Source: Candidatus Iainarchaeum sp. | Lineage (GTDB): Archaea; Iainarchaeota; Iainarchaeia; Iainarchaeales; UBA10191 | DNA length: 36,496 bases | Direction of reading: 5' to 3' | NCBI GenBank assembly: GCA_043801115.1 | Contig: JAZDMJ010000052.1 | Span: 1 to 36,496, forward strand | The notes under the pieces: generated by a model | The model's input: only the letters and a program-made list of their open reading frames with translations | The model's database searches: none | Told to the model about the DNA's origin: nothing | Position numbers and translations under genes: made by a program | Part shown: piece after piece, positions 32,213 to 36,496 of the stretch | Layout of the letters: each line of letters starts with the position of its first letter | Numbering within the stretch: the first letter of the stretch is position 1

Positions 32213-33091
32213 ATGAGAGCGGAAGTCTTTCACGGAATCCTCGCCGGACTGTTATTGTTGACGGCGTACGTGGGCCTTTTGTACGGATTGAACGGTTCCG
32301 CACACGTGCTAGAACAGTTCCGCGACTTCGGAATTTTAATCGCGGTTATTGTAGTCGGTTTCGGCTTTCAAGTGGGATTGTTTTCGTACGCGCGCAGCGA
32401 GTTGAAGGCCAAGCAGGCCCGCGCGCAGCTCGCGGCCACGGGAAGCGTCAGTGGGGGAACCATGATCGCCTGCTGCCTGCACCACGTTACGGAAATTCTT
32501 CCCCTCGTCGGCGCCACCGCTTTTGGCTTGGCGTTGGCCGAGTACACGTTCCAGTTCCTCTTCGTCGGCGCCCTTTCCGCGATTGTGGGAGCACTGGCAA
32601 TGCTTGCTGTTTTGCAGCAGCACAACGTGTTTCCCTTTCCTTCCGTGCAGCGCGTTCCGTGGAAGGAAGCGCGCAACTTCGGAGTTTCTTTTGCGCTCAT
32701 CGCAGCCGTTGCCGTTTTTCTGTTCTCCTCGTTTCCCTTGAATACAATTGCCGCCTCTCCCAACTCCCTCTCGCTTTCTTCCCAGTCCGATTCGCAAAAC
32801 AGCGTGCAAGTGGATGTAACTCCCCGAATTTCTTCCGCGCAGGCTGCGTTTGAAATTAGTTTTACGACGCACTCGGGCAGCATGGACTTTCGAGTGGAAG
32901 ACATTTCGCGGTTGGAAGACGATTTGGGAAATTCCTATCGCGTTCTTTCTTGGAACGGTTCTCCGCCAGGAGGACACCACAGAAGCGGAACGCTTTCTTT
33001 CGAACCCTTGTCCCCGCAAGCCAAAACGATTACATTGAAATTGTCCAACGTGGGCGGAGTGGATCGCGTGTTCCAATGGAGTTTGAAGTAA
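32213..33091 (+). CDS. Membrane protein with intramembrane ACCLHH motif and C-terminal extracytoplasmic beta-rich domain (GGHH motif)
   Basis: The start was trimmed to the ATG at 32213, after the SD aaggag. About 5 TM helices are present. The motif GGTMIACCLHHVTEILPLVG is reminiscent of the vicinal-Cys helices of MerT/MerF-type transporters. The C-terminal domain reads VQVDVTP...FEISFTTHSGSMDF...WNGSPPGGHHRSGTLSF. Confidence 0.65.
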   Translation: MRAEVFHGILAGLLLLTAYVGLLYGLNGSAHVLEQFRDFGILIAVIVVGFGFQVGLFSYARSELKAKQARAQLAATGSVSGGTMIACCLHHVTEILPLVGATAFGLALAEYTFQFLFVGALSAIVGALAMLAVLQQHNVFPFPSVQRVPWKEARNFGVSFALIAAVAVFLFSSFPLNTIAASPNSLSLSSQSDSQNSVQVDVTPRISSAQAAFEISFTTHSGSMDFRVEDISRLEDDLGNSYRVLSWNGSPPGGHHRSGTLSFEPLSPQAKTITLKLSNVGGVDRVFQWSLK

Positions 33092-33092
33092 A

Positions 33093-33251
33093 ATGGTCAA
33101 CGTAAAAAAGGCAGTCGATCTGATTTGCGGCATGGAAGTCGATCCGACAAAGGCTATCTCCGCATACGGCCACTTCTTTTGTTCGGATTCGTGCGCGAAA
33201 GCGTTTGTGGTCGAAAAACAGGAAAATCGTGAAAGGAAAGGAATGGAATGA
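33093..33251 (+). CDS. YHS/TRASH-domain metal-binding protein (52 aa)
   Basis: This ORF is absent from the ORF track. The product is MVNVKKAVDLICGMEVDPTKAISAYGHFFCSDSCAKAFVVEKQENRERKGME. The CGM.V...........FCS..C..F pattern is the YHS/TRASH signature. The stop overlaps the next ATG in an ATGA arrangement. Confidence 0.7.
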   Translation: MVNVKKAVDLICGMEVDPTKAISAYGHFFCSDSCAKAFVVEKQENRERKGME

Positions 33252-33484
33252 ATTTGGGAGAAACGATTGCCCGCATTCGCGAAAACCACTTGCTGATGAT
33301 GGCGGTGTGTTGCATTGTTCCCGTCGCGTTCGCAGCAATGCTGTTCGTGCTTGGTTTCCGGACGTACGCGTTATGGTTGGTCATTTTGTTGTGCCCGCTC
33401 ATGCACTTGTTCATGATGAAAGACATGCATTCGGCGGAGAAAAAAGAACATTCGTGCGACAAACATAAATCGGAAGGAGATTGA
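33248..33484 (+). CDS. DUF2933-like small membrane protein (CC and CPLMH motifs)
   Basis: HLLMMAVCCIVPVAFAAMLFVLG....LVILLCPLMHLFMMKDMH matches my recollection of the DUF2933 family, which is typically found in heavy-metal loci. Confidence 0.65.
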   Translation: MNLGETIARIRENHLLMMAVCCIVPVAFAAMLFVLGFRTYALWLVILLCPLMHLFMMKDMHSAEKKEHSCDKHKSEGD

Positions 33485-33487
33485 AAC

Positions 33488-33568
33488 ATGAATAGCAAAG
33501 AAATCATTTTGGTTGCAGGCATACTCGTCGCATTTGCCGTCATGCTGTATATCATGCATCCGTTTTGA
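33488..33568 (+). CDS. 26-codon single-TM micro-ORF
   Basis: The product is MNSKEIILVAGILVAFAVMLYIMHPF. The SD aaggag at 33474-33479 lies 8 nt before the ATG. The ORF fills the gap between neighbouring genes. It is absent from the ORF track. Confidence 0.35.
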   Translation: MNSKEIILVAGILVAFAVMLYIMHPF

Positions 33569-33576
33569 GGCCGTCT

Positions 33577-34398
33577 ATGCTAGAATTCGTGCAACAATAC
33601 TTTGTCGAACCCATTACGAAGTTCGGCGGATACAATATTGTGAATACAGTCGTCTACTTGTCCATTCTGGTTATAGCGGCCATTCTGATTTTCCGGTTGT
33701 TCCACAAGCGCGTGCAGTTTGACTTGAGATTCGGTCTTGCAGTGCTTCCCTTTATTGTATTGGGCGGAGCCGTGCGCGCGTTGGAAAACATTCGTTTGCT
33801 TCCGCGCTCGGCCAATCCATTGGAATTGGGCTTTTACACAATAACGCCCGGCATCTACCTTGCAGTCGGTTTATTCGTCATCATTGCACTCTTGTTTTCG
33901 CTCTGGCTGGGACAAAAAATAGGCAGAGATTATGTTTGGATTTTTGGACTCATTGGAACCGCCGTTGCGCTTCCTGTTTTGATTTTCGACCTTTTGCTCT
34001 TTCAATCATGGTTTGGAGCGGCCGAAGCCGTCCTATTGGCAGTCGTGCTTTCTTCGGTGGCGTGGTTGGCGTTGAAAAAGTGGAAGCCTTCTTTCGGAAA
34101 GGACATGTTGTCCCTTTTGGCCATTGCGGGACAGGCATTGGACGGCAGTACGACTTTTGTGGCGACACAGTTCAATTCGTGCACGGAAGAATTCATGGGC
34201 TCTCACATGCTCGTTTCGTTCGCGCCGTGGCTGTTTCCCGTACTCAAAGTTGTGCTCATGACTGCCGTGGTTTATTTGTTGGATGAGGAAGTGAAAAACG
34301 AGAATTTGCGCGGCTACGTCAAAGTTGTGTTAATCATTCTCGGTTTCGCGCCCGCCTTGCACGACTGGTTCGCGCTGGCGTTGGGAGCGTGTTCGTAA
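33577..34398 (+). CDS. Polytopic membrane protein, DUF63-like (archaeal)
   Basis: The ATG at 33577 is preferred, with an alternative TTG at 33565. About 7 TM helices are present. The N-terminus is FVEPITKFGGYNIVNTVVYL, and the conserved-looking loop is AGQALDGSTTFVATQF. The family call is from memory only. Confidence 0.5.
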   Translation: MLEFVQQYFVEPITKFGGYNIVNTVVYLSILVIAAILIFRLFHKRVQFDLRFGLAVLPFIVLGGAVRALENIRLLPRSANPLELGFYTITPGIYLAVGLFVIIALLFSLWLGQKIGRDYVWIFGLIGTAVALPVLIFDLLLFQSWFGAAEAVLLAVVLSSVAWLALKKWKPSFGKDMLSLLAIAGQALDGSTTFVATQFNSCTEEFMGSHMLVSFAPWLFPVLKVVLMTAVVYLLDEEVKNENLRGYVKVVLIILGFAPALHDWFALALGACS

Positions 34399-34404
34399 TG
34401 CGGG

Positions 34405-34413
34405 ATTTAAATA
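34405..34413 (+). promoter_or_regulatory. TATA-like box (atttaaata): possible internal promoter of the metal cluster
   Basis: The box lies in the 55-nt gap before the 34454 gene. The SD aaaggaggt at 34437-34445 follows it. Confidence 0.3.
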
Positions 34414-34453
34414 GGAGAATCGCGTTTTTGATATTCAAAGGAGGTATTTTTGT

Positions 34454-34699
34454 ATGGCAGAATTTTCGAAAATCAGCGTGAAGGCAGCGACCATTACGGG
34501 AGCCGTTTTGGGCGTGTTGTGTGGAATTTTTTGGAGCGCGTGGGGCATGACGGGATTGTCTTACGCGGGAATGGGAATGATGGGTGCCCTGTTCGGCGCT
34601 TGGGGCGTTGCGGGCGCAATCATTGCCAATGTCATCCTAGGTGCAATCGTTGGAGCATTGATCGGCATCATTTACAACTGGGCGCTATCGCTCAAGTGA
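34454..34699 (+). CDS. Small Gly/Met-rich membrane protein (glycine-zipper-like), hypothetical
   Basis: The 81-aa product contains GMTGLSYAGMGMMGALFGAWGVAGAIIANVILGAIVGALIG. A strong SD lies upstream. Confidence 0.55.
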   Translation: MAEFSKISVKAATITGAVLGVLCGIFWSAWGMTGLSYAGMGMMGALFGAWGVAGAIIANVILGAIVGALIGIIYNWALSLK

Positions 34700-34759
34700 G
34701 GCATTCAGCGAGCGGTTTTAAAGCGCTAGCTTTTTCATTTTTGTAAAGGAGTAAAAAAC

Positions 34760-35167
34760 ATGGAATTGAAAATATTGGTGGCCGCGTTGACCATTGTAGC
34801 GGTTCTTGTGGTAAGCGTGGAGTTTTACTTTTTTTCGGGCGCTTCCGCCCAGACTTCTTCCGTTTCCGCTTCTGACCCTCCCGTTCCAACAGGAGGGGTT
34901 CAAAAAGTGTCGCTCCGCGCGCTCTCTTCTGGAGTGTACGACAAGCCTTCCATTACCGTCCAAAAAGGCGTTCCCGTCGAATTGACGTTCAGCGCGGACG
35001 ACGACGCGGGGTGCGGGCACACGTTGATTATTCGCGACTTTGGCGTGCAAATTTCCCTGCAAGCCGGGCAGAGCAAAACCGTTACGTTCACGCCGGACAA
35101 GGTCGGCAGTTTCGAATACAGTTGTTCGATGCGCATGTTCCGCGGTACCTTGATTGTAAAGGGATGA
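34760..35167 (+). CDS. Cupredoxin-like domain protein (Cupredoxin_1/EfeO-type), N-terminally anchored
   Basis: After the TM anchor the sequence reads YDKPSITVQKGVPVELTFSADDDAGCGHTLIIRDFGVQISLQAGQSKTVTFTPDKVGSFEYSCSMRMFRGTLIV. Candidate ligands are Cys/His and C.M.M. Confidence 0.7.
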   Translation: MELKILVAALTIVAVLVVSVEFYFFSGASAQTSSVSASDPPVPTGGVQKVSLRALSSGVYDKPSITVQKGVPVELTFSADDDAGCGHTLIIRDFGVQISLQAGQSKTVTFTPDKVGSFEYSCSMRMFRGTLIVKG

Positions 35168-35367
35168 AGATGAAAAAAGCATTGAAAGTGAAAGGGATGC
35201 ACTGCAAATCTTGCGAAGCACTGTTGAAAGAAGTGGTGGAAGAGACGGGCGCGAAAAACGTTTCTGCGTCCACTTCGAAAGGGGAAATTGTTGCCGAATT
35301 TGCCGACGATGCCCAACTTCTAGCGGCCAAAAAGGCCATTCAAGGCGAAGGGTATCAGGTGCAATAG
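35164..35367 (+). CDS. HMA-domain metallochaperone (CopZ-like)
   Basis: The ATG overlaps the upstream stop in an ATGA arrangement. The product MKMKKALKVKGMHCKSCEALLKEVVEE...EGYQVQ carries the GM.C..C motif. The longer ORF-track version starting at 35011 overlaps the cupredoxin gene and was trimmed. Confidence 0.8.
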   Translation: MKMKKALKVKGMHCKSCEALLKEVVEETGAKNVSASTSKGEIVAEFADDAQLLAAKKAIQGEGYQVQ

Positions 35368-35368
35368 A

Positions 35369-36288
35369 ATGGAACACACGTTGAAAGTTTCCGGCCTTTC
35401 TTGCGGCGCGTGCGAACGCATCGTCGAACGCACCATTCAACAATCCGGTTCCGCCAATATTCTCGCATTTGACTTCCAGCGTGGAACTGTAAAACTAGAA
35501 GCGGAAAGGAACAAGTAGAGGTCATTCGAGAAGCATTGGAACGAAAAGGATTTCCTTCTCGCACATTGAAAGAATTCGAATCCCTTTCGGGCGGAGAAGG
35601 ATTTTCGAATGCTGGACGAGTTCTTCGTCATGTTATTTTTGGCCATCCTGCCTTTGTTTTCGAACGCAAGTTGCTGGGTTATACTACTCTCGCCCTCTTG
35701 GCCTCGCTGGCAATTTCTTTTCTTTTTGTCGGCTTTTTGAATGCCCGCCCCTTTCTTCCTCTAATGGTGTTGGGAAGTGTCGCCATTGCGTTGGGCATCG
35801 GTGCCATGTTCCACTTTCTCGCGTTCGGCCGCCAAAATTGCAGTACGGGAATGATGGCGGGCATGGGAACGGGAATGATTTTGGGATTTTTAGTGGGCGC
35901 GCTTTTCGGCGCCTCGAGCGGAATGTTCATCGGTTCAGTGATTGGAATTTCGGCTGGAATAGGCCTTGGAATTCTGGCAGGAAAATGCTGTGGCAACATG
36001 GGTGTATTGGAAGGAATGATGGCGGGGTTGATGGCAGGAACCATGGGTGCGATGTTGAGCGTCATGCTGTACAACGACCACCAGTTCGAGTTTTTGGTTA
36101 TTTTGTGGGTTGTTTCCGCTTTCATCCTCGCCGGCCTTTCCTACATGCTCGTGAAAGAAAACGGTCCCGTTCCCGCGAACAAAAAACTCTCTCCCTGGAC
36201 GCTCTTGGCGTTCTCAATTATTTTCTCTCTTGTAGTGGACGTGCTGGTGGTATGGGGTCCCAAGTACGGCGTTGTTTGGAGGTTCTGA
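35369..36288 (+). pseudogene. HMA domain fused to a Met/Gly/Cys-rich polytopic membrane domain, interrupted by a frameshift (or sequence error)
   Basis: Frame A (35369-35518) reads MEHTLKVSGLSCGACERIVERTIQQSGSANILAFDFQRGTVKLEAERNK*. The rest of the HMA fold, (E)QVEVIREALERKGFPSR, continues in the -1 frame, which is open from 35473. That frame runs into the membrane domain ending at 36288, with motifs NCSTGMMAGMGTGM, GKCCGNMG and GMMAGLMAGTMGAM. One extra A in the run ggaaagg (35503-35509) would restore a single ORF. Confidence 0.6.
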
Positions 36289-36496
36289 ATGGCGAAAAAA
36301 TCCCTGGACATTGTCGGAATGCACTGCGCTTCGTGCGCCACGCTGATTCAGCGCCGCCTTTCCAAAGTTCCCGGAGTTTCGCAGGCCAATGTAAACTATG
36401 CGAACCAGAAAGCGACCATTGAGTGCGGCGAAACAGTTTCTTCGCAAAAACTCGTTCAGACCGTGGAAAAAGCGGGCTACAAGGCCTTCGACTCGG
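36289..36496 (+). CDS. copA: Heavy-metal (Cu-type) P1B-ATPase, N-terminal HMA domain only; 3' end cut by window edge
   Basis: The ATG at 36289 directly follows the upstream stop. The product starts MAKKSLDIVGMHCASCATLIQRRLSKVPGVSQANVNYANQKATIECGE...VEKAGYKAF. The ORF is open to the end of the window. Only the HMA domain is visible, so the ATPase identity is inferred from context. Confidence 0.6.
   Translation, partial: MAKKSLDIVGMHCASCATLIQRRLSKVPGVSQANVNYANQKATIECGETVSSQKLVQTVEKAGYKAFDS

Noticed and set aside
32336-33289. A long antisense ORF (317 aa). Many similar ones exist, for example 34718-35443, 16477-17139, 18247-18816, 30233-30931, 8418-9131, 23143-23850, 25920-26609, 26693-27409, 24919-25557, 10263-10829, 11296-11895 and 12535-13281.
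   Set aside because: Each lies opposite a CDS with clear family motifs or membrane-protein character. Their translations are Arg/Ser/Gly/Phe-rich and low in complexity, with no recognisable motif. They are best explained as stop-poor antisense frames.
1-36496. CRISPR arrays, transposases/IS elements, rRNA genes, and additional tRNAs.
   Set aside because: I saw no regularly spaced short direct repeats, no transposase or integrase motifs and no rRNA-like segments. The only T-arm consensus (GGTTCAAATCC-type) lies in the tRNA at 8174-8289.

Overview
The window is an archaeal chromosome segment. The evidence is TFB, ribosomal proteins S8e and L35Ae, KEOPS subunit Cgi121, SepF, ScpB, and a tRNA with a 42-nt intron. 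TATA-like boxes lie about 25-30 nt upstream of several start codons. Sampled lines give roughly 50% GC. Genes are small and tightly packed and many are orphans, which fits an uncultivated small-genome archaeon (possibly DPANN-like, inference only). No database search was run, and every family call comes from motifs read in the translations.

Layout:
- 1-7042: two tandem giant surface repeat proteins. The first is cut by the window edge. The second is 1511 aa and noticeably AT-richer than its surroundings.
- 7070-24505: mostly housekeeping and stress genes. These are MarC, tRNA-Pro, a metallophosphoesterase, SepF, a UppS-like enzyme, a TrmB regulator, an orphan solute-binding protein, a SIMPL protein, Cgi121 with a Bud32-like kinase, S8e, TFB, an RHH/RelE toxin-antitoxin pair, an SdpI-like protein, L35Ae, RNase HII, Hsp20, ScpB, a glycosyltransferase and Fe/Mn SOD.
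- 24874-29484: an accessory cluster with two SAM methyltransferases (one EgtD-like), a divergently transcribed B12-binding radical SAM enzyme and an APC permease.
- 29509-36496: the most unusual region. A membrane-tethered wHTH regulator is followed by about 16 same-strand, translationally coupled genes. The upstream six are unnameable cysteine-motif proteins. Two of them share an identical QQVGGC C-terminus, with a polybasic GGCC-ending micro-ORF between them. The downstream half holds recognisable metal modules: YHS/TRASH, DUF2933-like, cupredoxin, HMA domains and the start of a P-type ATPase. One HMA-membrane fusion gene there is frameshifted.

I saw no CRISPR array, transposase, rRNA or reverse transcriptase.
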